Assembly (NCBI RefSeq): GCF_009914755.1
Contig: NC_060936.1
Strand: one strand, 5' to 3'
Source: the human T2T-CHM13v2.0 reference genome, Homo sapiens
Length of the DNA stretch: 64,000 nt
The notes below the pieces were generated by a model. The model saw only the letters and a list, made by a program, of their open reading frames with translations. It did no database searches and was not told where the DNA came from. Positions 1 through 17,291 of the stretch are shown piece after piece. Numbering within the stretch: the first letter of the stretch is position 1; the number at the start of each line of letters is the position of its first letter. A program made the position numbers and the translations under genes.

Positions 1-903
1 TCTCTCTCCCACATCACTTTCCTCTCCATTCTCCAGCTGCTGTTTCCAGGACCCACGGGGTTAAGTGTGGACCATGAATTAGAGGAAATGGTTAAAAATC
101 TCATTTGTCTGTGACCATTATAATCTGGCACTGGGGGCCCTCTCCTATGGCAAATGCCCAAATTCTGGCTTTCTATTGCATCATGGTCACTTACGGATTC
201 TTCACAACCTCCCCTCCCCCTTGTCCTCACCTCCTGTGGAGACCACTGCCTTGCACAGCCCCACTGCAATGATGCACATTCTGTCTCACCTCTAAGGATT
301 CTCCTTCAACCCCAGCTCTGGCATTATTCCCTACACAGCCTCTGACCCCTGGGGTCTCCTTGCCCCAGCAAGTAGCCTTCTTAGACAGTGTCCTTTTGAG
401 GTGTTTCTATGACACCTTTCCTCAGAGTTCACATAGTTCATGACGTCTTTGCTCTACTAAACTCTGGAACTGCAAACTGCACCCACTGAAGACCCCTCTC
501 TTGACTCTAACCACAGGCAGCACCAGCCAGCCTTGACTGTCCCAGGGCAGAGCTGACACTGCTATGTTCCGTACACCAGTGGCACAAGTCAAGTGTTCGC
601 AAGCTACAGATCCTCTAGGCAAAGCATTTCTCACTTAATTTTTAGTGAATGCCCTGTTGGGGGAATGGGAGAATCACTTTTTTACCTCTTCCAGGGTAAA
701 GAAGTTTCCAGAAATGCCAAGCTCTCCTTGCTTGGCTGACAATTTTTTATTTCCAAATAATCTTATTTCCTTTCTGTTCAATTTCCAGCCTTCTATTAAA
801 TATAAATTGGAGATAAGTTAGAGGCTAAAGCTTGCAGAATTAGTTTAGTCATCCTTTAGAAGGTTCTTTAGATGTGTCAAACGTGTTTGGAATTTGGAGG
901 TAG

Positions 904-1253
<350 letters not shown>

Positions 1254-1264
1254 CAGGATGCTAT

Positions 1265-2230
1265 TTTTTTAAAGGATTAATCAGAAGAAATATGAAGAGT
1301 AAAATTTTAAAATTCAGGGGAAAGGCTGAAAGATAACATTGATGAAATCTTTCTCCCACCTCAAAAATTGGACACTAGGAGAGAAAAATTAAATTAGAAG
1401 ATCAAACAAGGAGGTCTAATGTCAAACAAATAGAAGTTTAAGAATGAGAAAAGACGGAAAGCAGAGGAGACGAAATCATCAAAGATATAGGAAAGGAAAA
1501 TTTTCTAGGATGAATGACTAAGGACCCATGTTATGATAAAGCTCCCCAAATTAGCAATAAAAAGAGACGCTGAATACCTCAAGGAACAAAAAACAGGTTA
1601 CACATAAAAAGGACCTGAAATACGAGCCCCTTTGGACTTCTTATCAGTAACACAGGAAACTAGACAACAGAAAAGCAATTCCCTTAAAATTCTGACGAAA
1701 AATCATTTCTAACTTAGGATATTATTCAAAATCAAGTATTAACCTAGAGCAAAAGTAGAACAAAAAGTCAGGCATGTAAGGAATCAAAACATCTACCTCT
1801 GATGCACTCTTTATCTAAAAACAACTAGAGCATACGTGCAACACAAATGAGGAAGTAAAGTAAAAAGGAGAACGCCACACGATTCAGAAAACCGGGGATG
1901 TAACACAGAGAGAGGGTAAAAGATGCCAAGAGGAAGTCTTAGGCAGGCAGCTGTGCAGCTGGCTCAGAGAGAAACCAGCACAAATTAGTGCAAGAATGAG
2001 AATGGTAGCAGAAAGAGTACAGAGACAAAAAAGAAAATGAACTGTCAGATACATTTAACCTAAGTAAAATTACATTGAGAGGCTGTCAGGAAGTTGGGAA
2101 TTGGAAAGAATTCATAATAAATATATAGTAAGGTAAGTAAATAAAAGGAAATAATGCAAGAATTAACTGCAGGAAAAACAAAATGAGGTATAAGGGGAAA
2201 AAAATGTAACCATAGTACACTACTTGACTC
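1265..2230 (+). mobile_element. Old L1 (L1M-type) ORF1-region fragment
   Basis: A-rich, with motifs resembling L1M ORF1 (ggacttcttatcagtaacac...aaattctgacgaaaaatcatttctaacttagga). Confidence 0.55.
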
Positions 2231-2609
2231 ACCAGTGACTTTTAAAAATGCAATTCCATCTACTACTCAAAACCTCTCAGGGGCATTTCACCACACTTAG
2301 AATAAAATCCACACTTACCAGGACTAAGGAACTTCAATGATGTGGCTCCACTCCTGAAATCTCCCCTCTCAGATTATGCTCTGGGAAGTTTCATTTGCTG
2401 TTCCATATGCATGGGACACTCTTACCTCCAGACCATGGTACTCAGGTGTCAGCTGAAAGTTCACCTTTTCTGTGAAGCTTTCCCTGACCAGTCAGTATAA
2501 ATTCGTACCAGCTTTCTCTCAGTTCTGTCACTACTGCATCATTTCATTTTATTCATATTGCATCACTGACTGAAAATATTTGATATGTTACTATATGAGG
2601 ATAAATTGT

Positions 2610-3490
<881 letters not shown>

Positions 3491-3546
3491 ATGGCCTTTC
3501 CCTGCAAGTTGCAGGAGAGCTGCAACTTTACCTGCTCTTCACCCTC

Positions 3547-4463
3547 TGATATGGTTTGGTTTGGCTCTGTGTCCCTACTCAAACCTCATGTGGAATTTTA
3601 ATCCCCTCACGCCAGGGGAGGAACCTGGTCAAAGGTGATTGGATCTTGGGGGTGAATAGTGAGTGAGTTCTCACTTAAGTGGCTATGTTTTCTGGGGTAT
3701 ATACCCCAGGTTCATCCTCTCATGCCGGGAAAATTCAGAACAGACACACACAGGGAGTTTAGGAGCACAGGTTAATAGGCAGAAGAAGGAGAAAGGAAAA
3801 CAGCCCTCTCTCTAATGAGAGAGAGGGGACTTCTGAGAGGAAACACCGGCGGGTGGCGAATGCACCAGATTTTATAGTCAGGCTTGAGGAGGTGGTGTCT
3901 GATTTACATAGGGCTCACAGATTGGTTCAATCAGGTATGATGTTCACATAGCGCACTGGGAAGCCTGGTCACCCCACCCTAATCTTATTATGCACATGAA
4001 TTCTCCTCTTGGCCGGCACCAGCTTGTCTGCTCCTTACTGTACACTTGGCTGGCAGAGAAGGGAAAATGGAGCTGCCATCTTAACATGTCTGGTTCCTAG
4101 TTTCTGCCGGCATTCACCCGTGCAAGCTCGCAGCTTGCTTGTCTATGTGTGGGGCTGCTTTTCATTTAAAAGAAAAGCCTTACCAAGGACTCCCGTACCC
4201 TCACTATCTACCTAAGTGATTTCTTCTTAACTCCTATATCATCATAAGATCTGATGGTTTAAAAGTGTGGCACTTCTCCCTTCTCACTGTGTCTCCTGCC
4301 ACCATGTAAGATGTGCCTTGCTTCGTCTTCACCTTCTGCCATGATTGTAAGTTTCCTGAGGCCTTTCTGGCCATGATGAACTGTAATTCAGTTAAACCTC
4401 TTTTCTTTATAAATCACCCAGTCTCAGGTAGTTCTTTATAGCAGTGTGAAAACGGACTAATAC
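3547..4463 (+). mobile_element. MST-type MaLR solo LTR split by an ERV1 LTR
   Basis: tgatatggtttgg start and ggactaataca end; continuity across the insertion at gttctca...agatctgatgg. Confidence 0.85.
3675..4241 (-). mobile_element. ERV1-class solo LTR (MER61-related, subfamily unresolved)
   Basis: Minus strand begins TGATATAGGAGTTAAGAAG; 4-bp TSD tcac/tcat; 3' end resembles the 40040-40568 LTR. Confidence 0.75.
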
Positions 4464-4593
4464 ACCCTCACAGCCTCAAGACCTTGAGCAGTGTCTGATG
4501 CTTACATAATGAGTACTCCTCAAATATTTGTTCAATAAATGCATTATAAGAATCTCAGTTATCCTGAGGCAAGAGAAAAGAAGAGGGTACAAA

Positions 4594-4872
4594 CTTTTCT
4601 TTTTATTTTTTTGAGACAGAGTTTAACTCTTGTCACCCAGGCTGGAGTGCAGTGGTGCGATCGTGGCTCACTGCAACCTCTGCTCCCAGGTTCAAGCAAT
4701 TTTCCTGCCTCAGCCTCCCAAGTAGCTGGGACTATAGGTGCACACCACCACGCCCAGCTAATTTTTGTATTTTTAGTAGAGACAGGGTTTCACCATATTG
4801 GCCAGGCTGGTCTCGAACTCCTGACCTCAGGTGATCCACCTCTTTCAGCCTCCCAAAGTGCTGGGATTACAG
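4594..4872 (-). mobile_element. Alu (slightly 5'-truncated)
   Basis: Antisense Alu sequence. Confidence 0.95.
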
Positions 4873-5569
4873 GGGGATACAAATTTTTCCTCCTTGGCTA
4901 TCAGTTGTACCACTTGCCACATCTCAGTTTTTTCCACATTTTGATACCAGCTGCTCTGGTTCTTCCAGTTTTAGGGTCTCTTGATCAAGATATTGTGGTT
5001 TCCTCTCTAGAAACAGGCTCCATAACATTCTTCTTCTTCTCTCTCTCTCTAATTAAGCTATTGCTGTATTAGCACTTGTAAGCTACCCAGTGACTGCAGG
5101 ACATGACTGCCTCACCTTCTAGTCTGTGCCCAAGGTGAAATGGATGTGGTAGTGATTCTTCCACAGACCAAGTGGATCCAGTGAGTTGCCTATAGGACAT
5201 CCAGAAGACTCACTGACGGAGTGTTGTGGGAAAGAGCAGAAAGCTAGAAACCACCTCTCATTGGATCTTTAGTCCAGAGAGGAATCCAGCACGCAAAATG
5301 CAGAAAAATATGATTTGTCCTCACGTGGACATGAAGCCAGGGCATTCTGGAGAGAGTCAGGGATATGGTCAGAGAGCTTAGGTGGCCAGGAAAGAGAGCT
5401 CTACATGTGTTTCCACTTACGGAATCAAGGAACTCAATACAAAGTCCCAACAGAATCAACTCATTCCTCTCTATTTTCCCATACCCCGTCAGACCCCTAG
5501 TCCAAGTCACCATCATCTCTTCCCTGCATCCCTGCCACAGCCCCTAACCTACGCCACAAGGAACTCACC

Positions 5570-7063
<1,494 letters not shown>

Positions 7064-7578
7064 CATTCACCAACCCCCTATTATGGGCCAAGCATTGGAC
7101 GACATATGGTTGCACAGTGGTAAAAAAACTGGATATGCTCTCTGCTCTCAAGAAATGTATGGTCTAGTGGAAGAGTCAGATATCAATCCCAAAGTCATAC
7201 AAATAATCACCCCAATACAATCATTGCAAGTTGAGATGAGGGCACTGAAAGCCTGGGAAACATGGGAGTCCCAAGGGTCTCTTTGAGGAAGTAGCATCCA
7301 ATCTGAGGTTGGCAGGACAGGGTGATAAGGCACCCCTGGATGGGGAATCAGAAGAAGACCTTCCAGGCAGAGGCATCAGCAAGTGCAAAGGCCCTGAAGA
7401 AAAAGAGTTTGGGGGATGAGGGAGGTGGAAACGGCAAAACAAGATGAGGCTGTAAAGATGAGAAGGACCAGATCCCTTGGGAACTTCTGGAGCATGGTGG
7501 GGACTTTAGCTTTTATTCAAAACATAACAGGAAGAGGTTGAAGAGGTTTTTTGCTTGATAAAAAATTTTTTGTTGGTT

Positions 7579-7757
7579 TTTGTTTGTTTGTTTGTTTGCT
7601 TGTTTTTGAGATAGGGTGTCACTCTGTAGCCCAGGCTGGAGTGCAGTGACGTGATCACAGATCACTTCAGCTCCTCCTGGGCTCAAGTGATCCTCCCACC
7701 TCAGCCTCCCAAAGTGCTGGGATTACAGTGCTGGGGCTGTGAGTCACCATGCCCCAC
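7579..7757 (-). mobile_element. Internally deleted or monomeric Alu
   Basis: Antisense Alu ends with the middle missing. Confidence 0.85.
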
Positions 7758-8938
7758 CGGGTTGAGGAGTTTTTATAGCAGGTGACTGATGTGATCACTC
7801 TGCTCTGGAGAACAAATTGTGTCTGGGAAACAAATGGGGATGAGAAAAAACAGGAACACATATATTCAGTGAAGAGAAGACAGTGGCCTAAACTGGGCAC
7901 ATGGTTGTTAAAATAGATAGGACTGCATAGATGTAAGATAGGTCTTGGACCAAAAATGACTCATAGGACTTGATGGAATTTGGTGTGTGATTCAAAGGTC
8001 TGGGATATGGCCATAGGGGTAGCTGGCATATGAGGAATGTAGCAAATTAATGGAAATGAGAAATTAAAGGGATTAAGATGCCAGGAAGGGGAATGGGCCA
8101 TCCACATGCACCTTAAAATAAATGGGAAAACAGCACATGGGAGGGAAGAGAGGAGGTAAGTGCTAAAATCTACAGTGGATAATGGGGCCAGAGGGACTGG
8201 GGTGTCTTCCAATGATGGTTAGAGGAAGAGAGAGCACAGACTCCTGGTCTGAGTAGCAGAGAGCAGATGCTATGCAAGGAGTCTCATGTGGAAACAGTAC
8301 TGGGCAGGGTGAAGGACATCAGTCCCACTCCAGCCCTGGATGAGGGACAGAGAAAATGAGCAGCTTCCACTTTAAAGGCTGGCAGAGAAATGACCTCACC
8401 TAAGACCAGGAGGAGCAGGAAACCCTTAGGGAAGATAAAGTGTAGTGCGGTAATATTGGTTGCAAAGGGTATTGGGGGCAGATTTGAGTGGGAGGGTCTA
8501 CTGTGGGTCGAGTTAAGAGAGAAAATGCAGAGCATCAAGAGAGTGAAGGTGATGGGGACAATGTGGAAACAGTGACAAGGGGAATTTAACTGGGTGCTGG
8601 GTTGCCAATGCTTTAAGTCCCAGTGGTGTATTCCCTGGGGGATGTTGGGTGCTTAGGCCTCTCTGTATTTACCAGTGGGCTGGAAGGGAACCCCAGCATG
8701 CTTTTCCTCAAGGTCTTCTATGATTAGGGAATGAGCAAGTGAGTCTGAGCCCAGGAGTATGGGGTTGTGTACAAGTGCTCTTACCCCCATGTTCATCAGG
8801 TCTTCTTTCGTGATTCTGCTTAAATGTCACCTCCCAATAAAGCCTTTCCTAATTTTTCTGACTTGTCTTTTCCACATACACAGAACCTTGTGCAGACTTC
8901 TACTGTAGCACCTACTATATGCACATTATTGCCTTTGC

Positions 8939-9296
<358 letters not shown>

Positions 9297-9628
9297 TGAG
9301 AATAATGCTTGAATTATTTCTGTTTTCCTGTTACTGGGTACAAAGTCTGGTAGCCTTGGTAGGAGCTATACAAATGTCTAATTAAGTAAAACTTAGCCAT
9401 TGTTTGCTGGTCATTATTGTACTATATAAATGGTAGATTTGAAGAAAAGTTTAGACACTCTTCATATAATGGTTACTATGAATCATTATAATGTGTATAC
9501 TATGAAGTATACACATTACATTTAACTTGCTTTCTTAATAGATAATTTTCAATTAGTTAAATTAAATACAACACTTCGGAAATACTGTCAAAAATATGTT
9601 ACTGGTCTTAACTAAAATTTGCTTAAAT

Positions 9629-9937
9629 GGCCGGGTGCAGTGGCTCACGCCTGTAATCCCAACACTTTGGGAGGCTGAGGCAGGTGGACCACCTGAGGTC
9701 AGGAGTTTGAGATCAGCCTGGCCAGCATGGCAAAACTCCGTCACTACTAAAAATACAAAAACTAGCCAAGCATGGTGGCAGGCATCTGTAATCCCAGCTA
9801 CTCGGGAGGCTGAGGAGAATCGCTTGAACCTGGGAGGCTGGAGATTGCAGTGAGCTGAGATCACACCACTTCACTCCAGTCTGGGCGACAGAGCAAGACT
9901 CTGTCTCAAAAAATAATAAAACTAAAAATAATAAAAT
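9629..9937 (+). mobile_element. Alu (AluS-like)
   Basis: ggccgggtgcagtggctcacgcc start and A-rich tail. Confidence 0.95.
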
Positions 9938-11307
9938 CAAATGTGCATAGGTACCAGTATTTCAGATTTTCTTGATAATGACTCTGGTGTCAAGCTAATT
10001 TCATTAAAAGGCTTCAATTTTTTTCATTCAATCTTGATTATAATAAACTCACGTGTCAAAAATCAAATATATAAATATATACAGTGAAAAGGCTCACGGT
10101 AACTTTCTTTTTATCTCTACCTGAGAGCTTACTGGTTCTTTCCTCAATTGTTTTCTTTTAATGTCATTATTTTTTACGCCTAATGACTATGCAAATGACT
10201 TCCACTCTTTGTAATCACAAACAATGCTGCAATAAATAATCTTGTTGATAAGTCATTTCACATGTGTACAAGTTAATATAAGGCACTTTTAATTAAACTA
10301 AATATTAACAATGATGTTGAATCATTAAATCTATTGCAAACTATGCAGTTACGTTAATATGGTTAAAACAATCCCTCATTTCAAGCTTCGAAGTGTTGTC
10401 CTTGAATATCAAGTGGTAGACTAAAGTACTCCTGTACATACTGTTCTAAGAACATTGATCAAGAGGAGGGAAGGTGCCAGTTAACCAGCAAATACAACAT
10501 TAACACACTCAGTTATTAAGGGGCATAAACTTTATTGACATCCTACATCTATATATTCATGGAACTACTGACAATATTAATAAAATATTTGCTCTAATGT
10601 TATTGAATTTTTAAAAGCCAGTTTAGTTAATATCATGCTTTATAACCAAGTAATGGTTATATGTTATATGATTAATGTTATATGATTTCTTTTAAATAAG
10701 CATAAAGAATCATGGAAAACTATCAGCAGAGCCAACCATGAATAGTTGATGTGTATAACCAAAAGAAAAAGGAAATCAGTTATCAGGAGACTTTCAAAAG
10801 TGAATATAGTAGGTGCCAGAACTCTCCACAGGGAATTTGAGAAGTCCTATTTCTCGAGGCATTTAAATGGAATAGAACTGAAAGCTAGAAAAATAAACTC
10901 AAAAGAACAATCCTTCTTCAGCAGAAGTAAAAGCCCAAAATGACCTAATAGATTTTTTCTTTCAAAATTCTAGGATTCAATGAACACTGCTCTAAGTACC
11001 TCTTTTGTTGGATTTGTTTGTCAGGGTATGCATTCATTAGTTTGCTTAAAAACTGCATTGTTTGCAACAAAGAAAAACATGTTGAACAGTATTGGAATTG
11101 GTTAAGATTCCCAAACACATGACTTTGTTCTATATTCTAAGACCATTCCAAGGATGTTTCCCTTTGCATACTGCCTTAATCTGAAAACTAGTGATTGAAC
11201 AGGCTGGCATTACTGAGTTTGTTCATTACGATTTTTGTGGTGTTCAGTTTATATTCCTATGTAGCATCTTTTTGTATGAATTTTCCTACAATCAATTTAA
11301 AATCAAC

Positions 11308-11447
11308 CAGCTATGTGAGTTTTCCAGTAGACATATATAGCAGCTATATGAGTTTGGCAACGGGCATTAAGCTACATGAGTTTGCAGCTATATGAGTCTG
11401 GCAATAGGCATTAATAGCAGCTATATGTGTTTGGCAATAGGCATTAA
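11308..11447. repeat. Degenerate ~34-bp tandem repeat (cagctatatgagtttggcaataggcattaa core), about four units
   Basis: Units visible directly. Confidence 0.8.
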
Positions 11448-12346
11448 GACCGTGTAAATACTTTACTGTTCTCTGTGTTTTTATAATCCTCTGTCTTTTG
11501 GAAGTCAATTAAAGCTTTAACTTCAAAGAAATCCAAGTGTGGAAAGATGTATGTGCCATTCAAAAACAGAGAAGTATAAAACAGAATCAATTAATCTGAA
11601 TCTTGAAAGTCCAGAAATAGGCTCTCGATTTAACTCAACCAATATCTGTAAAGCACCAACAATGGTGCAAGGTTCCTGCCATGGTAGAAGAAAAGGTAAG
11701 TGCAGAGGAGTTGCAGCATATGATCAATATCTTTTTGGGGCAAGGTTCATGCTACAACAGAGGAAAAGGTAAAAAGCACAGTCGAATTAAAGCATTGATC
11801 AGTATCTTATTTCCTGACTTCAAAATGTAAATCTATGCATACCTTCCCACCTTTCGCCCATGTTCATTCCACTGCAAAAACATGATCACTGTTCTCACAA
11901 GGTGTCTGGGGAGTGGGCTGCATGGTGAGCAACATGGTGCAAATTATAGATAGGATGGAGGGAGTTAAAAACCAGTAAATGCAAATATAAGAACACATTT
12001 TGAGATAGATCAAATCCTCTCTTATGACTAGAGAAATGCATGCACATAGAAGAGGTGTAGGTAGATTTTAAACGGTCTCATGCACTAAACTAAACTCAGG
12101 AGACAATGGGGAAGCCATAGATTTTGCGTGGTGGAATGACATCGAACAGCACATAATGAAAATTAAGCTTCAGACCAGTTGGGAGACTTTTGGAATAATT
12201 CAAGCGAGAAGTAATGAGAGCATAAACCAGTATGCAGGGCAATGGGAAAGAGAGAACCTATAGATTCAGAGAAGACAGAGTCCACAGGACGTGGTACCTG
12301 CTTGAATATGTGGAATAAGAGAATAAGAAAGAAGTAAAAGATGGCT

Positions 12347-12797
<451 letters not shown>

Positions 12798-13285
12798 CTA
12801 CACTCCACTAAGAAATTGCATATTAACCTTGGCTAAGAAAACACCCACACACACTTCCAAACTAGTTGAAGATCGAAGAAATTAGGGTGCATATGGTATG
12901 AACCGAGTTCTATTCTGTAACTATACACCTTAGATCTTGATGGGATGAAACAGAGAAGAAAGTGATAACTTATGTGCTGTGAACAAACAAACCATTGGTT
13001 GTTTATCTCTTGAACTAAAAGTGGAGATTTTCAATATTCAAATGGCAGCGTGAAGCTTCTGCTTATATAGTTTCATATCTCAGCTGACTGCAAAGGCAAG
13101 AGCCAATAGCCCTCCACTGCTCTGAATAACTAAACCATTTCAGTCTTTTCTACCTGTCTTCCATGCTATATGCACTCTATTGTCCTGGCTTTAATAACCA
13201 ATAATTTAGATATAAAACTTTGTGTCTATATGTGTTTGCACATTTTGCAAAAGATTGGCCATACTTTTCATAAGATTTACAAACT

Positions 13286-13567
13286 GGCCCAGTGCAGTGA
13301 CGGATGCCTGTAATCCCAGCACTTTGGAGGCCAAGGTGGGTGGATCACTGGAGCCCAGGAGTTCAAGACCAGCCAGTGCAACATGGAGAAACCCCATCTC
13401 TACAAAAAATACAAAAATTCACCGGGCGTGGTGGCACATGCCTGTGGTCCCAGCTACTCAGGGAGCTGAGGCAGGAAGATCACTTGAGCCCAGGAGGTTG
13501 AAGCTGAAGTGAGCCATGATTGTACCACTGCACTCCAGCCTAGGTGACAGAATGAGACCCTATCTGG

Positions 13568-13596
<29 letters not shown>
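13286..13596 (+). mobile_element. Alu (AluJ-like)
   Basis: Full dimer with long poly-A. Confidence 0.93.
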
Positions 13597-13599
<3 letters not shown>

Positions 13600-13780
13600 A
13601 CAAAGTGGTGTCAGACCCAAGAAAGCCAAGAACCTGGAGAGATCAATAGCACAATAGACTAGGAGTCTGTCTACTTTCTCATTTTGCTCTTTTATTTGTA
13701 TTATTTATTTATTCTTAAGCAATTCTAGTAAGTTTTCTGATGCTTTCCTTAGAAGAATGTTTTCAGTTAAAGTAGTTTGA

Positions 13781-14097
<317 letters not shown>

Positions 14098-15644
14098 TTA
14101 GAAAATGGAAAGCAAAAGCACCAATTAAGCAAGGAAGTCTTGCCTCAAACCTGCATGTGTTTCTTCTATAAACACCAGCACTATTCTTATAAGTGTACAG
14201 AGCACTCACCGACACTGAAAACCATGGAACCCTGAGTCATGTATTATGCTTCCCCATGTAGACTTCGCAGCTGTCTTTTAACTCTACCTTTTATCTTCAA
14301 AGTTCAAGGAAACATTTATTATGATTTCAAATTCCTGAACTCACATCTAGTCCTAAAGTCAAAACAATATAACTTGGTATCTAAATCAACTGAAATGAAA
14401 TGAAATGCACTTGGCAAAATCACCCTTTTATGTAGTGGTGGAATGCTAACAACTGCCCTGTGACCATCCTGTGCAAATCCACCCTTGGCCTCATCCCAGG
14501 ATATACCCAAACTTCGTCTCAACTGTGTCTCTTTGTCAGTCACGTTAAGAGACAGCTGTGGAATGTTTGGTCTAGAATATCCCAACAGGTGCTCCTTCCG
14601 TCTCAACTTCTATGGAGTCAAATAGAATTTGATCTGTAATCCTATGTCCCAGGCTTCCTAAGTCTTCCTAAAGCAGATATCCATTTATAGTCAAAACAGC
14701 AAAAACAGTTCTCACACTGAGGGATAAACCGTAAATGCAATTGATGAAACATTCAAATCTACACACCGAAATAAAGAACTGACAAATGAATTTGTTCTTT
14801 TTAGATTAAAGACTATTCTTAATGGAACTAGCTGAGTTTTGCAAGTATTTCACAACTTTCAATAAGAAAGAGCCATATGTTTTTCAGTATGACTTCAGTT
14901 TATTACTTGTAATTTCCTCTATTTTTTTCTTTATTGGTCTTCCCTGTTTCCATTCTTCCATTTTCCTGTATTTTTGGGACATAACTGTCTCTTTCTTTTA
15001 GAGTTTGTTTTTCCCATTAATTACTGAACACAAGAAAAATGTTTTGCAAAATAGTCTTTCCCACCAAAAAGGTATAACAGTAGAAAAACGTTTATGTGAC
15101 ATGCTATGCTGTATTCATAAGGTAATCTAATTTCCAAGCTATTTTAAGGATATGAGTACTCAATTTTTAGGGGAAAGATAATTTAGCTTTGTGGACTTTA
15201 GAGCACAAATTATAAGCATAGTTGAAACTGATACCTGAACCTGGTGTTCCAGAAAAGACAGATTCTCCTTTGCGTTCACCATTGACATTGTGAGTCACTG
15301 ACAAGGTCTTATGATGAAACTGTTTACCAATATTTGCAAAGTCATGTTTATGAATAAAAGCACCTAAATGCTTAATTTTGAAACATTTAAAAAATGTGAG
15401 TTGCACCTCACATTTATTTCTTGGCTGAACTGCATACAATCCCATTACAGTGGCCTTAGTTGAATGGACAGAGGCTCAGGAAAGGCCAACAGTAGGAACA
15501 TTTACCATATGTTAGGTGAAATGTATAGACCAGTTGGACAGCTGTTAAGGGGATAATGTTACAATACAAAAGCTGCCTATATTTTTGACAGTAAAATGAG
15601 CAGATCAGCCATAGTTTCCTCCTGTGCTCAAAAAGAATGATAGC

Positions 15645-15920
15645 ACATGCCTGTAATCCCAGCACTTTGGGAGGCCGAGATGGGCAGATCGCTTGAGGCC
15701 AGGAGTTCCAGACCAGCCTGGCCAACATGGCAAAACTCCGTCTTTACAAAAAAATACGAAAATTAGCTGGGCATGGTGGTAATCCCAGCTTCTCAGGAGG
15801 CTGAGGCACAAGAATTGCTTGAACCTAGGAGGCAGAGGTTGCAGTGAGTAGAGATCACTCTGCGGCACTCCAGCCTGAACAACACAGTGAGATTCTGTCA
15901 AAAAAAAGAAAAGAAAAAAG
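15645..15920 (+). mobile_element. 5'-truncated Alu with TSD AAAAAGAATGATAGCA
   Basis: TSD seen on both sides. Confidence 0.93.
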
Positions 15921-16393
15921 AATGATAGCATCATATAGAAAGTAGAGGATAGCTGGCACAATTATGTCTATCATGGAAGGTCCCAGATTCTCACTCTCCA
16001 GTATAGCAACCAAACCTTCCTGAGCATAAGGCTGATCATGCCACTGGGTTTCCCTGGGGTGGGCATCTGTTATTTAAAGAAACTGTGGTTACCAACACTA
16101 AAGGGAAATAAAGAAAGTTCTTTATTTTCCAACTTCCTATACCAGTTGAGAAGAGGCCATTTAAAGAAGCTGGCAACCTGAAACCCCAAAAGATGTAACT
16201 AATACAAAGGCTCAACATAGCCGCCATTTAGAAACAATCTTTCATTTATGCACAGGAATAATTTACTCATAAGCCCAGCCCTCTCAGTTAGGTTAATAAC
16301 ACCACTATCAGTTTTCCAGCTGTTTACTTCCCTAGCTTTATTTCTAGACATGAGAAATAAGGAACAAAATATATAATTAGGAAAACAATTGGA

Positions 16394-16810
16394 ATGTCAG
16401 CCTACGGACAAAACTGAGACAAAATTTATATAAGTAGAGAGTATATTGAGGTCAAATTTGAGGACTGCAACCAACGAAACACCAAATCAAGTTGCCCTGA
16501 ATATATACAGCAGTTACAAGTGGGTTTTTAAAAGAAAAAAGAGGCAGTTTCTAAGTTGAGAAGAATTTATATTAAAATAACATAAACTATATAAACTATT
16601 GATAGGCTAAACATTGTTTTTTTGTATCACAAATTCCAGGAACATAATGAGTGAGGCAGTTAGTCAGGAACAAAATGTCTTTAAATAATTACTCCTGCGC
16701 ATGCGTACGGGGGGACGTGACTGAAGTCTCACACTCCTATCTCTCTGGGCCTGATAAATTGTGTAGCCTTCACAAAGCTCAGATCGCTCTGCGCTATTTT
16801 TCTTTTTTCA
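16394..16810 (-). mobile_element. ERV1 (MER4-group) solo LTR, subfamily unresolved
   Basis: Minus strand starts TGAAAAAGAAAAATAGC...TCTGAGC...ATTTATCAGGCCCAGAGAGA, like recalled MER4-group LTRs. Confidence 0.6.
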
Positions 16811-17244
16811 GGGAGTTGCACAGCTACTGACAGAAAGCACATCTTGGTTTTAGTCCATAGTACAAAACTCAATTGTGATCGAATGTTTTCAACTTCCTTT
16901 CATAATAAGGTTTTAAACTCATTTCAAATAATTAGATCTGGTTCTAATGAGCTGAAAAGCAAGAGAAATTCTTGCGTAAAAAAGGAAAAATATTTTTCCC
17001 CTTTTCTCTCTGTAGTTCTGAAATCCAGTGAAATTACTCATTACTGAAACTTATCAGATGAAAATATTGGCCAGCATTAAATTCTTTTCCTCCCCAACCC
17101 CCACCTCTTTTTTTCCTTTTTCTAACCACCACCCTTTTGTTAGGCCAGCTTAACTAGCTTTACATCTCTGAGCCTAGCCTGAGGGGCCACATCCTGTGTC
17201 TGGAATGTAAAACCTCTCTCCCCACTAGGCCTCCCGTCTTCCCT

Positions 17245-17245
<1 letters not shown>

Positions 17246-17288
<43 letters not shown>
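17246..17288. repeat. (CA)n microsatellite, about 21 units
   Basis: Seen directly. Confidence 0.98.

Positions 17289-17291
<3 letters not shown>

Noticed and set aside
11308-11447. CRISPR-like repeat array
   Set aside because: No unique spacers and no cas genes in primate DNA; it is a simple tandem repeat.
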